The notes: generated by a model not told the origin, from the sequence alone. A stretch of DNA of 62,898 nt, filler included, from Octopus bimaculoides (GCF_001194135.2; 5 parts of 4 records of this genome joined end to end with filler, not necessarily neighbours in it), one strand, 5' to 3'; shown: positions 38,562 to 52,630, counted from the first letter of the whole stretch. Numbers and translations: made by a program.

Positions 38562-39848
38562 NNNNNNNNNNNNNNNNNNNNNNNNNNNNNNNNNNNNNNN
38601 NNNNNNNNNNNNNNNNNNNNNNNNNNNNNNNNNNNNNNNNNNNNNNNNNNNNNNNNNNNNNNNNNNNNNNNNNNNNNNNNNNNNNNNNNNNNNNNNNNNN
38701 NNNNNNNNNNNNNNNNNNNNNNNNNNNNNNNNNNNNNNNNNNNNNNNNNNNNNNNNNNNNNNNNNNNNNNNNNNNNNNNNNNNNNNNNNNNNNNNNNNNN
38801 NNNNNNNNNNNNNNNNNNNNNNNNNNNNNNNNNNNNNNNNNNNNNNNNNNNNNNNNNNNNNNNNNNNNNNNNNNNNNNNNNNNNNNNNNNNNNNNNNNNN
38901 NNNNNNNNNNNNNNNNNNNNNNNNNNATATATATATATATATATATATATAAACATACACACGTGTGTGCGAACATACAGAGAAACATACATGTGTGTGT
39001 ATTCAACTGTTTACTATTCAACTGGCACCCTCCTAAATGAAATCATACTACCTTCATGTATGCCCTCTTTTCTATAATAAGAGAAAAATATACTTGCTGT
39101 AGTAGAGGCAAAGTCACTGACTCTGAAATGCTAAACCTATAGATAAACGGGCTTAAAATGTTTAGCAGTATTTCTTTTAATTTCCTTGGGAAAGTTCAAA
39201 GACCATTTAGTAATGTATGTAAATAAAAGAACGAAACCTTCATTACCTCTGATGAATGGCATTCACCGTTCCTCTATTTTATCGATCCTGAGAGGATGGC
39301 AGGCAACGTTAGCCCCGGAGAATTTTTTACGTTCTTAGTTCAAATTCTGCCAGAGTTATCTTTTTCTTTCATCGTTTTGAGGTCGATGGTATCGACTGCT
39401 TCTTCTCCCATCAAAATTGCTGACCTATATCAGAAGTTATTATTCTGTACACTACAAAGGAAGATTTATCAAGTACTGGGGTAAATCATATCGATTAAAC
39501 CATTCCTCCCGTAACTGCTGGCTTCGTATCTAGATTAGAAGCAATTACCATTCGTGTGTGTGTGTGTATATATGTATATATTGGTGTGTGTATGTGTGTG
39601 TAGATATATAGATACATATGTATATAACGCATGCATTTTACACACATGCACACACACACTCATAGATTTATATGTGTGTGTATGCATGTATATACAATAC
39701 ATATATGCTTATATATATATGTATGTATATATATATATATATATATATNNNNNNNNNNNNNNNNNNNNNNNNNNNNNNNNNNNNNNNNNNNNTTAATTAA
39801 TTAANNNNNNNNNNNNNNNNNNNNNNNNNNNNNNNNNNNNNNNNNNNN

Positions 39849-39930
<82 letters not shown>

Positions 39931-40042
39931 GTCTGTACACATTTTTCGAATTGGCATTCTTAGTCACGCTCACATACGTGTAGTTTCATTTTTGCCTTTA
40001 TTTTCTACATACAAACAGAAATGCATATATACACACGCAAAA

Positions 40043-40074
<32 letters not shown>

Positions 40075-40128
40075 ATATATATGTGCATATACAAATGCAT
40101 AGATATATATGTATTTAAATATTATATA

Positions 40129-40162
<34 letters not shown>

Positions 40163-40396
40163 GATAGATATACATATATATATACATGTATATATATATA
40201 TATATATATACACACGAACAAACACACACATTTGTACATTCACATACATACGTAGATACGTGTGTAGGTGTGTGTGTGCGTGTATATATATATATATATA
40301 TATGCATAAGAAAATAGGATAAAATGAATGAAGAGAGAGAGAGAGGAAGAAAAAGACGGACAGAGAGAAAGGAGAAAAATATAGATAGATAGAAAG

Positions 40397-40474
<78 letters not shown>

Positions 40475-40849
40475 TAAGAGAGAAAGGGAAAGAAGGAGAG
40501 AAGAAACAGCTGTATTCTAAAGATCTTTTGTAGGTTTATTCTTTTGTGTAAAGAACGTTCCAGAAAGCTGAATACCATTAGTGGCGCAGAGAACATACAC
40601 TTGTTCCATCCTATGTAATTTACTGCCAGAAATATTTAGCTTAATAAAAGTAGTTGTTTTTGGCTAAGCAGTAACGTTCGTGGTTGTCTGTACAATCGTC
40701 TGATTGTAACATGTCTTGATCAACGTCTGTATGTATTTCATTTCTTCCAAACGTACTAATTTGTGTGAGTGGCAGCCGACGGTTCGGGAAGTGTAATTCC
40801 GCCTTTAGATTACACCCTTTCATCATTAAGTATATATACATAAGATTAT

Positions 40850-41265
40850 ACACAGTTCCAACATGAAGTTGTAATTGTGCTGTTTTATGGTTTTGTTCCA
40901 CACCTTGAACCAAGTTCAGCCACACTCTGTTCCGGTCAGGTTGGTTTGTATCCTGTTGCTCCAATAATAATAGCTATGATGCCGAACGTATATCGTGGGT
41001 ACTGGATTTGTAAACGCCTTATTAATTGTTCATATATGTCCCTTTCTCTTGTAATTTTCTAACCACACTCGTGTCCACAGGGTAGCTGATTTCCACAACA
41101 GAACATATTTTCTGACCGGTTGTGTTGGAACTTGGTGGCTGTTTAAATTTGAAGTTCCGCCAATATTGTTTTGACCCATCGGCCTCAATATAGTCAACTT
41201 CATCTGTAGATATTTTCTTTTTTGTTATCCTGTTCCAGAGCGTTGTGACCACCATATTATGTCTC
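40850..41265 (-). mobile_element. 5'-truncated R4/Dong-type LINE RLE fragment starting directly after (CATA)n
   Basis: RHNMVVTTLWN..YIEADGSKQYWRN..KICSVVEISYPVD..LISRLQIQYPRYTFGIIAIIIGATGY. Confidence 0.78.
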
Positions 41266-41994
41266 ATGTATGTATGTATGTATGTATGTATGTATGTATG
41301 TATGTATGTTTGCAAGTATGTACGTATGTATGCACGTATGTATGTATGTATATGAATGTATGTATGAATATGAATGCATATATANNNNNNNNNNNNNNNN
41401 NNNNNNNNNNNNNNNNNNNNNNNNNNNNNNNNNNNNNNNNNNNNNNNNNNNNNNNNNNNNNNNNNNNNNNNNNNNNNNNNNNNNNNNNNNNNNNNNNNNN
41501 NNNNNNNNNNNNNNNNNNNNNNNNNNNNNNNNNNNNNNNNNNNNNNNNNNNNNNNNNNNNNNNNNNNNNNNNNNNNNNNNNNNNNNNNNNNNNNNNNNNN
41601 NNNNNNNNNNNNNNNNNNNNNNNNNNNNNNNNNNNNNNNNNNNNNNNNNNNNNNNNNNNNNNNNNNNNNNNNNNNNNNNNNNNNNNNNNNNNNNNNNNNN
41701 NNNNNNNNNNNNNNNNNNNNNNNNNNNNNNNNNNNNNNNNNNNNNNNNNNNNNNNNNNNNNNNNNNNNNNNNNNNNNNNNNNNNNNNNNNNNNNNNNNNN
41801 NNNNNNNNNNNNNNNNNNNNNNNNNNNNNNNNNNNNNNNNNNNNNNNNNNNNNNNNNNNNNNNNNNNNNNNNNNNNNNNNNNNNNNNNNNNNNNNNNNNN
41901 NNNNNNNNNNNNNNNNNNNNNNNNNNNNNNNNNNNNNNNNNNNNNNNNNNNNNNNNNNNNNNNNNNNNNNNNNNNNNNNNNNNNNNNNNNNNNN

Positions 41995-42027
<33 letters not shown>

Positions 42028-42249
42028 TACACACACAGACGCATACATATACGGATATGTACGCACACACACATACATACACACATACAAATATATGTAC
42101 ATACATAAACACGCACGCGTATACACACAGATGCGTGTGTGTGTATACACACGCACATAATACTTAAGTAGATGCATACATTCATGTATACTAAACATGC
42201 GGACAGGTATGCATACGTATATATGGAAATGCAGCCTGTCACACGTATA

Positions 42250-42251
<2 letters not shown>

Positions 42252-42295
<44 letters not shown>

Positions 42296-42780
42296 GTTCA
42301 GTAGTTTTATTTTTATAACATGCTTTCACTTCACTACCGAGCGCAGCTCTGTGCGCCTTGGGTATGTGCTGTGGTTTGCTGTGGTGCTCTTATGGTTACT
42401 GTATTGAAAGTGTTTTGCGTAGGATGTGTGCTGTGCCCAGTAGTGCAATTTTCTGTGTTATTATTATTATTATTATTGTTCAGTAGTTTTATTTTTATAA
42501 CGTGCTTTCACTTCACTACCGAGCGCAGCTCTGTGCGCCTTGGGTATGTGCTGTGGTTTGCTGNNNNNNNNNNNNNNNNNNNNNNNNNNNNNNNNNNNNN
42601 NNNNNNNNNNNNNNNNNNNNNNNNNNNNNNNNNNNNNNNNNNNNNNNNNNNNNNNNNNNNNNNNNNNNNNNNNNNNNNNNNNNNNNNNNNNNNNNNNNNN
42701 NNNNNNNNNNGAATGTGTGCAGTACCCAGTAGTGCAATTTTCTGTATGTTATATATATTTGTAAGTCCTGGTATTTTTGT
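42252..42780 (-). mobile_element. Two tandem 3' ends of a Dong-like LINE, each terminating in (TAA)n
   Basis: Minus strand PGLTNIYNIQKIALLGTAH[gap]; the second copy reads QKIALLGTAHILRKTLSIQ*. Both have near-identical 3' UTRs (..GCTGCGCTCGGTAGTGAAGTGAAAGCA..AAAACTACTGAAC) followed by (AAT)n. Confidence 0.85.
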
Positions 42781-42916
42781 TATGTAATGTTAGCTAGTTT
42801 GTTAGGGTTCATTGTTTTATCGAGGTCTATATTTACATTATTTTTCTTCCATGTCTTATATGTATGTGTTGTTGCGTTTTCGTTTTTTGGGTAGAGTACT
42901 GCTGTGAAATAGGCGT

Positions 42917-42974
<58 letters not shown>

Positions 42975-42978
<4 letters not shown>

Positions 42979-44800
42979 GTTATTATTTCTCCGTGTTGGA
43001 TCTGGAAAATGTAAATTTGGTGCGGTGGCAATATCTTGGTGTTTTCTCAGTATGCTTGTTTAGCAAGTTTTCATTACTTAGCAGAATGTAGAAGGCTTCC
43101 TCAAGGCATAAGTTACATACGCTGGATCGTGTATTATATGGGTGCGCATTTTTTATTATTGACCATTCTATTTCTTTTTCTTTCCATATTAGGTCCGCTA
43201 GTGATGTTGCATGTCGCCGGCTTATCTTTCGTAATGAGGAGACATGGTTGCTATAACGGACCTTAAATTGGTTTTAGGAGGCTCCTATGTATGCGTATTA
43301 TGTTGTGGTGTGGTGATTGTGCATTTGTATATGAAGTCTTTTTTCCATGCATTAGTTCCTGAGTGGACATGCAGATTTCTTGCAACAGCTGAAATTATTT
43401 GCTCTATTAATATTTTTGTAGTTATTTGGTGACATTTTGTATTTGTAATGTTCTAACTGATTAGCAGTGTCTGAAGTGTTCTTGATGTTATAGCCTGTTT
43501 TGTTAATTCGTTTTTGAGCTTTTGCTTGAATCTTATTATAACTGTCGGGGTCGTTATCCATGTTTTTGTGATCTCTATTGCGTTTATTTTTATTATTGTT
43601 CCTATACCGTGTGCTGTTTTGATCTGTTTGTTCCTGTGTTTTGGTCGTTGTTTGCATGTATATTTTTATTGTTGTATTTGTTATGTAGTTCTCCATGTTG
43701 TTGGATGTGACGTACGATACTTTCACTGTGTGCTCGTTGAAGATACGATGGTATTTATGTGTTTTAGGGAAGCACCTATCTAACGCTGCAACGAATTGTT
43801 TACCTATCTTTGATGATATTTGCAATCCGAAAATTGAGTTATACCATAGGACGTCGGAATTTTTGTATTTTTTGTTTGTTTACTTTTGTCTATTCTGTGC
43901 ATTGACATTTTGTGCGTCGATTTTGCTCTTGTTATTCTTTTGGGTTTTGTTTATTTTTCCTATCTTTCCAGTGTGTCTTAGCTTTTTGCGTTTTTATTGT
44001 TATGTGTTTGTAGTTGTTTTTCATGTGTGTGCTTTCTACTTTAGGTGTATGAGTGTTAGTATTATTTAGGGCCTCGCCAGGTGTGAACTTGATTTTTTCC
44101 CTTATACTCAACCCTAGTTAGTGCTTCCTTGAAGTGAGGTGAATGTATGTTGAATATTGTTGCGGTGGTTGATGGACGTAATGTTCTGGTGTCTATGTTC
44201 CTAACTATTCTTTTGATTATGGATGATTGGACTTTACATTTATGTATCTATGACATTCATTCGGTTTGTGGTATGGTTCGTACATCCCTGTTTCTAAGTT
44301 AAAAGTAGCGTCTAGGAAATTTACCTTACTGTAATTACTGCTCAGTGTTATACATAGGCTGAAATTTTTAAATAATTTGTGTAGTTTTTTCTGTAGTTCT
44401 CTATTTATATTTTAGTATAATTACCTATTACGAAAAGGGCATCGTCTCTGTATAGACCCCCCGCTATTTGTGAGCATGAGGATTTGATGTGGAATAGGAT
44501 GTAAATTTCTACGATGTCTGTAACCTGGGCTGAGTCGCTCGAACCCATTATACCGAAGGAATTCGTTCTACTGATCTCGTCATAGTTTGTTGTCATAATT
44601 AGTAACAGTTTCTCGTGCTGTTAATATTATGTCTATATTTGACTTAGATAAGTTAGATTTTTCATTGCAAATATAAGTGCTTTATTGAGTATTATATGGT
44701 TAATTGTGGAGTAGTATTTATCTATATTTAATTGTATAAATTTGGAGCTTTTGTTTTTTCTATTTTCTAAAACCATCCCATTACCTCCTGATTATCCAAC
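42975..44800 (-). mobile_element. Penelope-like element relic: RT (YRDD type) plus C-terminal GIY-YIG endonuclease
   Basis: SKFIQLNIDKYYSTI, MGSSDSAQVTDIV..GLYRDDAL, VNFLDATFNL, IFNEHTVKVSY, C..KSACPL, FIY..YIGAS*NQFKVRYSNH, CNLCLEE. Stops and frameshifts are present. Confidence 0.9.
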
Positions 44801-45185
44801 CGTAAGGAAAGTCCAATCTTAAGAAAACATCATAGATAAAATAATGCCCGTACTCAAAATTAAAGATGGCAATCAAAATGTAGCTATTCTTTTGTAGCGT
44901 TTATGTTCTCACAGATAAAAACCACCGGAATAAGCAAAATGTTTACGAGTTAGCTTTAATAAGGGGGACGATATCTCCCTTCGGACTACTTACATAAGTA
45001 TATAGTTCCTTTTTGTCCCTGGAACGCATTGTTACAAACTGATGTCTGTGATGTTTAATTATAGACTCCTCATATATTTTATGGTTTTTATTACACGTTT
45101 GCTTCCGAAACTTAACAAACTGCTTCATGAGGTTCTGTATGACTTCGAATTGTTAGAAAGCTTCCTTTTTTTTAGAAATCAGTTA

Positions 45186-45355
45186 ATAGGCGCAGGCATG
45201 GTTGTGATGTTAAAGAGATTGCTTTGTAACCACGAGATTCAAGGTTCACTCCTACTTCATGGAACCTTAGGCAAATGTTTTCTACTGTATCCCCGGGCCG
45301 ACCAATGCATTGGGAACAAATTTGTAAGGAAACTGTGTGGAATCCCATGGTGTAT
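45186..45355 (+). mobile_element. SINE family B head
   Basis: GGCGCAGGCATGGTTGTG..GGTTCACTCC..GGCAAATGTTTTCTACT..GGGCCGACCAA. Confidence 0.78.
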
Positions 45356-46253
45356 ATACATACATATATATATATATANNNNNNNNNNNNNNNNNNNNNN
45401 NNNNNNNNNNNNNNNNNNNNNNNNNNNNNNNNNNNNNNNNNNNNNNNNNNNNNNNNNNNNNNNNNNNNNNNNNNNNNNNNNNNNNNNNNNNNNNNNNNNN
45501 NNNNNNNNNNNNNNNNNNNNNNNNNNNNNNNNNNNNNNNNNNNNNNNNNNNNNNNNNNNNNNNNNNNNNNNNNNNNNNNNNNNNNNNNNNNNNNNNNNNN
45601 NNNNNNNNNNNNNNNNNNNNNNNNNNNNNNNNNNNNNNNNNNNNNNNNNNNNNNNNNNNNNNNNNNNNNNNNNNNNNNNNNNNNNNNNNNNNNNNNNNNN
45701 NNNNNNNNNNNNNNNNNNNNNNNNNNNNNNNNNNNNNNNNNNNNNNNNNNNNNNNNNNNNNNNNNNNNNNNNNNNNNNNNNNNNNNNNNNNNNNNNNNNN
45801 NNNNNNNNNNNNNNNNNNNNNNNNNNNNNNNNNNNNNNNNNNNNNNNNNNNNNNNNNNNNNNNNNNNNNNNNNNNNNNNNNNNNNNNNNNNNNNNNNNNN
45901 NNNNNNNNNNNNNNNNNNNNNNNNNNNNNNNNNNNNNNNNNNNNNNNNNNNNNNNNNNNNNNNNNNNNNNNNNNNNNNNNNNNNNNNNNNNNNNNNNNNN
46001 NNNNNNNNNNNNNNNNNNNNNNNNNNNNNNNNNNNNNNNNNNNNNNNNNNNNNNNNNNNNNNNNNNNNNNNNNNNNNNNNNNNNNNNNNNNNNNNNNNNN
46101 NNNNNNNNNNNNNNNNNNNNNNNNNNNNNNNNNNNNNNNNNNNNNNNNNNNNNNNNNNNNNNNNNNNNNNNNNNNNNNNNNNNNNNNNNNNNNNNNNNNN
46201 NNNNNNNNNNNNNNNNNNNNNNNNNNNNNNNNNNNNNNNNNNNNNNNNNNNNN

Positions 46254-46321
<68 letters not shown>

Positions 46322-46522
46322 CATGTGTACATGTATGTATTTAGGTATGTATGTATGTGTATGTGTGTATGTATGTATGGCTGGATGAATGGTTGGACAG
46401 ATCGATGTATATGTTAATTATAGGAAGGTTGTTAATGACATTAGTGTATCTCATGTTCAGGGTGATTATGTTATCTCTTAAAATGTAATATATATATATG
46501 TGTGTCTGTGTGTGTGTATGTT

Positions 46523-46566
<44 letters not shown>

Positions 46567-46625
46567 TGTGCGTGTATACATATATGTATACATATATGTA
46601 TACATATATGTATGTATGTATGTAC

Positions 46626-46718
<93 letters not shown>

Positions 46719-47379
46719 AATATATTGTCAAGCATCATTCTTTGTCTCTTCTACTCCTTATTGACGCATCTCCCCCTCCCATTCTCTTTCACATGATTTC
46801 AACACCTTTAGCATTCGTTGCTGACATTATCCTCCACTCTAACTCTCCTATTTCTGTCTGACCTTTCCCATCATTCTCTTACTTCCCTTTTCTCTCTTTT
46901 CAACGAAAGGAAATTACATAGGGGAGAAATAAGGACTATCTGATATTAAAAAAAGATCCTGGTTCCTTTCAAAGAACTGATGAATTATAAAGAAGAAATA
47001 ATGGATGTCCTTGTTTTTGCTTTTTAAAATTGCTAATAATATCTGCTTGTTGCTACACCTGAGAAAACTGACCAATTTTTGGTGAATAAGGGTCTGGATT
47101 TGAACTCAGAATGCACAAATTGGATATTGCAAGATATCTTACTCGAGGCTATAACAATTCTGCCAATCCGACATTTTGGAATGGCAGTTTTTTTTATATC
47201 CCAAATGAATGAAATACAAAGTTGGTCTTTGATCTGAACTCAGAGCAAATAGAGTCGGAACAAACAGCGCAAGGTATTCTATCGAACACTTTAACGACTC
47301 AACCATTTCGTCTTCACAAGAAAGGTGTTCTCGTTAAATTCTAAAGAATCTCTCGGTATAAAAAGGGACGAAGATTGTT

Positions 47380-48540
47380 TAAAGAAAACAATCAGATCTG
47401 CTCCATCTCGAAACGATTTTTATCGAGAAGCGAAGGGAAACTGAAATAGAATTCATTACAACATCGCCAATAAGTTAAGTTAAAGAATTCTGTGAAGTTT
47501 GGAGAACGAAGGGTATCGCGAGCGAGATTAGCTAAAACAACAAACGCAGCGCCTGAACAATCGTGTAAAGTCTTATCAGCTGAAGGAATAACACAAGAAG
47601 GCAGCAGGGCGCGATAAAATCACAAAATTTTGATTGAAACATTTAAGCAGCGTACATGAAATATTTAATAACATATTGAAAGAGCAATAAAGAAATCTAA
47701 GTGGCTCGGTGAGGAAGAAATCCATCAAATCCCCCAAGAAACAGTAAACCATAAAACGAAAGACACACGCCTTACTTCAACTAACAAAGCCTTCACTGCA
47801 TAATGTCACAGAAGATAAATAAATATCTGGGAAAAAAATCTGCAACTCATTTACAAAGAACAAAAGGAATTTTGCAACTGCTCATGAGGCTGTAAAGATC
47901 AATTATTGATCAGGAAAGCCATAATCGAAGAGTGTGGGAAGAGAAAGACAGGTATGAGCGTGACGTTTATTGATTAAGAGAAAGCTTTTGACAATGATCC
48001 CCACGCTTGAATCCTGGAAACATTAGTCATGTGTTAAGGTAATACAAACAATAAGTAGATACATTAAATACGTCATAAATAAACGGCAAGTAATTCTACA
48101 GATCCAGACAAAGGGGGAGAATGAGAAAAAAAATCTAATCCTATATCTATTACAAGAGAAATTGTCTAAAAGGAAAAGAAATAATCACATTCTCCTCTCC
48201 TTTTCTTTCAACCAGCTTATTCAGCCAGATCGAACACGGTTACGAATACTATGTTAGAGCAGTCAACCATCCTTTGTATATGGACAACCTCAAATTCTAC
48301 GCTGTAGATCATAAACAATTAGAAACACTGCTTCAGATTCTATATGGATTTATTAATGGAATAGACATGAGTTTCAGGTAAGAAAAAAATATACAGAGCT
48401 TAATTGTGAAGAGAGGAAAATAATCAAGAAACTAATGATGTGTTAAGTAAAGAAGTAAATATAAGAGAACTACGTTAAAACACACACGAATACTTAATGA
48501 ACTGGACAGAGTGTAACACACACAAATGAAGAGAAGGGTT
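47380..48540 (+). mobile_element. Decayed reverse transcriptase region of an R4/Dong-type LINE
   Basis: GCKDQLLIRKAII, TFID*EKAFDNDPH, NHPLYMDNLKFYA..QLETLLQILYGF..IDMSF, VKRGK. Many stops. Confidence 0.8.
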
Positions 48541-48589
48541 AATTATATTAATACTGTATCAATTCCTGATCTCTATAATACACATAATT

Positions 48590-48960
48590 TTTCACGTCTG
48601 GCCGCATAGCCTTTTCCGTATGTTTTCCTGTCTTGTTTTCTTTTCCGTTTGTTTTCCTGTCTTATTTTTTGTCCGCCACGACATTCCTCCATGGCACAGG
48701 TTTAATTTGTGTATACAAATTTAATTTGCGGTCCATGGGAAGAGCCATTTTAACGATGCGTCCTGCCCAACTCTTCGAAACACCGGTGTTAAAATGGGGG
48801 TAGCTGATGAAGGAAAATGTTCTCTATGTGGCTTGTGTGTTTTCTGTACTCTGGTTATTATTATTTTCTTGTCTACGTTTTGTTTGCAATGTCCTGTACC
48901 CAGATATGCACCTATATATACAGGTAGACGTAGGTATGCACATACCTGTACGTATATATG
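48590..48960 (+). mobile_element. Hammerhead-bearing dispersed repeat (probable PLE pLTR, family 1); homologs at 57395-57623 (+) and 57724-57830 (-)
   Basis: Shared TTCACGTCTGGC..GTTTTCCTGTCTT..TTTAATTTG..GGGAAGA.CCATTT.AACGATGCGT..CGAAAC..CTGATGAAGGA..TATGTGGCTTG..TGTACCCAGATATG. Confidence 0.8.
48758..48814 (+). ncRNA. Candidate non-circularly permuted hammerhead ribozyme, copy 1
   Basis: GCG-TC^CTGCCC ..TTC-GAAA-CAC.. GGGTAG-CTGATGA-A-GGA. Helix I has 6 bp (one G.U), helix II 3 bp, helix III 3 of 4 pairs. Confidence 0.55.
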
Positions 48961-49043
48961 CATATACTCATTTATTATTTGTTATATATNNNNNNNNNNN
49001 NNNNNNNNNNNNNNNNNNNNNNNNNNNNNNNNNNNNNNNNNNN

Positions 49044-49079
<36 letters not shown>

Positions 49080-49298
49080 TGGATGGATGGATGGATGGAT
49101 GGATGGATGGATGGATGGATGGATGTAGCTCGATCACTTTCAATTTGCCTTTATTCATTCACGCTATATAACAGTTAATACTGTTGTGCTTTTGGTCCAC
49201 AAACTAAAACAATTGCACACACACACACACACACAATTCTAATGTTCTTTAATTTTAATTTTTATTTTTCCCCTTACATTTATGATCCTCCCAACATA

Positions 49299-49352
<54 letters not shown>

Positions 49353-49429
49353 GCTGCTGATGCATGTACATATGTATGTATGTGTGTGTGTGTGTGTATG
49401 CGTGCGTTCTTTGTGACTTCGTGTGTGGT

Positions 49430-49700
49430 CTTTGTGGCTGTGATTGTTCCCCTCCCCACCGCTTGACAACTGGTGTTGGTTTGTTGACGGCCGCGTATCT
49501 TAGCAGTTCGGTAAAGGGTACCAGTAGAAGAAGTACCAGACTTTAAAAACGCAAACAAAAAACAAAACAAAACAAAACAAAACCCCGCAAAAGTGCTTGG
49601 GTCGATTTATTCCATTAAAACCATTCAAAGGCGGCGCTCCAGCATGGCTGCAGTCCATTAACAAAGACAGTATAAAAAATAAAAGTCGAGATAAAAGACA
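49430..49700 (+). mobile_element. SINE family B 3' half
   Basis: CGCTTGACAACTGGTGTTGG..TAGCAGTTCGG..GGGTCGATTT..AAGGCGGCGCTCCAGCATGGCTGCAGTCC. Confidence 0.85.
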
Positions 49701-50672
49701 TGATTGAATTTTGTCTGAAAATAACCGATCCTTATTCCTCTACGAGTATCGTTGTCCCCTCCCACTGGTTATTCCTACGTCACTATATTAGCACGCCGCC
49801 ATTCGTTTCTATTTTAACACCTTAGTCTTTCTGTCTATCTTTCTCTAATTACTACATGTTTTAACCTTGACAGTTTCGGCTTCCACCAACGTCAGCGCAT
49901 GCGTTTACTCTATTTTACTCTCCGACTAGTTTAAACTTCTCGTTTCTCTCCTATCCTATAATTGTTTATCTGTCTCTTTCTTCCATTTGTCATTCCTTTA
50001 ATTAGCTTGTTTTGATAGGAACGATCTCTACTAATTTAAGAAGTTTATTTGAGATTTTCTTAATTCCAAACCTGACATTTCCCTTGTCCATGTTAAGACA
50101 TTTAACTGCCATCCATTTTACATTGCCTGAGCCTTGGTTTTATAATCGGAATTCTTCTCTCCTTGTTTAATAACTTGCTAATTATAGTTTTATCATTAAG
50201 TTTGACAAGGTCATTTTGACAGAAATTCTATTGCGGTTCGTCATAAAACAAAACTTTTCTCTCTACTTAAATACTTTGAGTTCATTATATTTTAGTTAGT
50301 AGCCTATCAACTCTCAGAACTCCCATTTGGCTGTATATATGAGTGTATGTATGTATATACATACATATATATCATTTTAATTTCACATACACACACATTA
50401 TTCATAAGCTCCGACTGGAAGAAGTGTGAATTCACACTTCTCTCGTCTGGACTCTCATATATAAATAAACCACAACATAAATACAAAGCACAATATTAGT
50501 TAACAAATGACGAAAGATCAGGAGTTGCATGTTATATATGTGTGCGAGTGTGTGTGTGTGTGTGCTGGCGTGCGTGTGTATGTATATGCGTATATATACA
50601 TGGCATTGCGTTTAATTCTTTAATTACGTTCGTTTCAACACCACATGGAATATATATATGTGTATGTATGTG

Positions 50673-50719
<47 letters not shown>

Positions 50720-52259
50720 GCATACATATACATATATATATATATTTACTCTTTTACTTGTTTCAGTCTTNNNNNNNNNNNNNNNNNNNNNNNNNNNNNN
50801 NNNNNNNNNNNNNNTTAATTAATTAANNNNNNNNNNNNNNNNNNNNNNNNNNNNNNNNNNNNNNNNNNNNCTCTCGAACTCACTACAGTCGTCCTTTCTT
50901 CCTTTGTTCTATATGATATTCAGTTCATTAAGCTTTTTGCTAATCAATCTGTTTTGAATATATGAGCCCTTTTCCTTTCGATCTTCGTCGTCCCTTGTAT
51001 TACGCTGGCCTCAAGACTTGTTTGAGACAAAATCGTATAAGAAATATCATGTGTTCCGTATCTGATACGTTGATATATATACAGAAACGAGCCGGATTCG
51101 AACTAGAATCTTTTACTGACACATAAACTCAATGCTGCATTTTTATGTTATTTTTCAATCTATTCATGTTTCATTAAATGCAACCATGTTTTTNNNNNNN
51201 NNNCTGCTGCTCTCTCGAACTCACTACAGTCGTCCTTTCTTCCTTTGTTCTATATGATATTCAGTTCATTAAGCTTTTTGCTAATCAATCTGTTTTGAAT
51301 ATATGAGCCCTTTTCCTTTCGATCTTCGTCGTCCCTTGTATTACGCTGGCCTCAAGACTTGTTTGAGACAAAATCGTATAAGAAATATCATGTGTTCCGT
51401 ATCTGATACGTTGATATATATACAGAAACGAGCCGGATTCGAACTAGAATCTTTTACTGACACATAAACTCAATGCTGCATTTTTATGTTATTTTTCAAT
51501 CTATTCATGTTTCATTAAATGCAACCATGTTTTTAGCCTATGACAGCACTTACCTTTCTGATTGTTGAGTATCGAATCTATCGATTTTCTATCGCTCAAA
51601 CATGAATTTCTGAACCTGAAAGCCAGTCATGTTAACGATAATCAATATAAGATTTAATTCAACCAACTAACCTCATCTGGTGACTGTCAGTCGATGTGGG
51701 CATGAACCTCGTTAACGTAATACTGTCAGCTTGAACTAAATTAATTTACTAAACTGAATATTTTCTCTAACATTTTCAGTTATCTATATTGCTTTCAAAC
51801 TTCTTCGCGTACCGGCATACTATTAAATACAGTACACTATCAAAAATCGTACAGAATATATACTAGCTTTTAAGCGATGAGTTAAAAGTTGCTTAAAACT
51901 GAGCAACATGTCTACAAAATCCATAATCGTGGCTTCTCTTTAATCTTGTCCTTTCTCAAATGACTTGCTCTTATATTATTTCACTTCACACCAGGGTTGT
52001 GTTTCCTTGTGCAACGAAAAAACAAACGTATTCAGAAAAGAAATAAATCTATATTATATCAAATACATATATACATACATTCGTACACACACGCACACAC
52101 AGACACACACACACACAATGTCCGATAAGTTTCGATAAATCTCACAATGTCCGGCCTGAATTTGACAACTTGCATAAAAGGCAAATACACAAAATCCCAT
52201 CCAAAAAATAAAAGTATCTTTAAAAAATCAAAATCTATCAACTAAATTATGACTGGGAG

Positions 52260-52630
52260 ATGACAGTTTCCTTAAATTGGCCACCCTCGACTCCTACTAC
52301 GGTTTCAAGACGGTTCCAGAACCTGGTGCATGCGTTCATCACTGCGAACATCTAGATCTTGGCCACCATCTCGACAATGGTGTTGCAGGCAGAACCATTG
52401 GTGCCTTTCTCAACCGCGTCCCACACACATAATAATCCATGGGGTTAGAAACAAGGGAATTAAGAGGCCAGAAGTTGGGGTTGGTGATGTTGTAGAAATT
52501 TTCCACTTCCGAGACTAACCAAAGATATGGCTAGGATCTGAATCCTGCTAACACACATATACACTTCCATAAGCAACCCTCTCCAGCCACGGTTTGACTA
52601 CAGTCTCTAACAGCTATAAAGGGCCGTCTG
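52260..52630 (-). mobile_element. maT/DD37D-like transposase C-terminal fragment
   Basis: LLETVVKPWLERVA, QDSDPSH, FWPLNS..NPMDYYV, ACTRFWNRLETVVGVEGG. Confidence 0.78.

Noticed and set aside
42252-42563. Tandem unit of about 180 bp that could be mistaken for a CRISPR-like or satellite array
   Set aside because: There are no unique spacers, and the units are LINE 3' ends separated by (TAA)n.
50871-51534. Identical 323-bp direct repeat (50871-51193 / 51212-51534)
   Set aside because: The copies are identical and straddle a 10-N gap, typical of an unmerged contig overlap.
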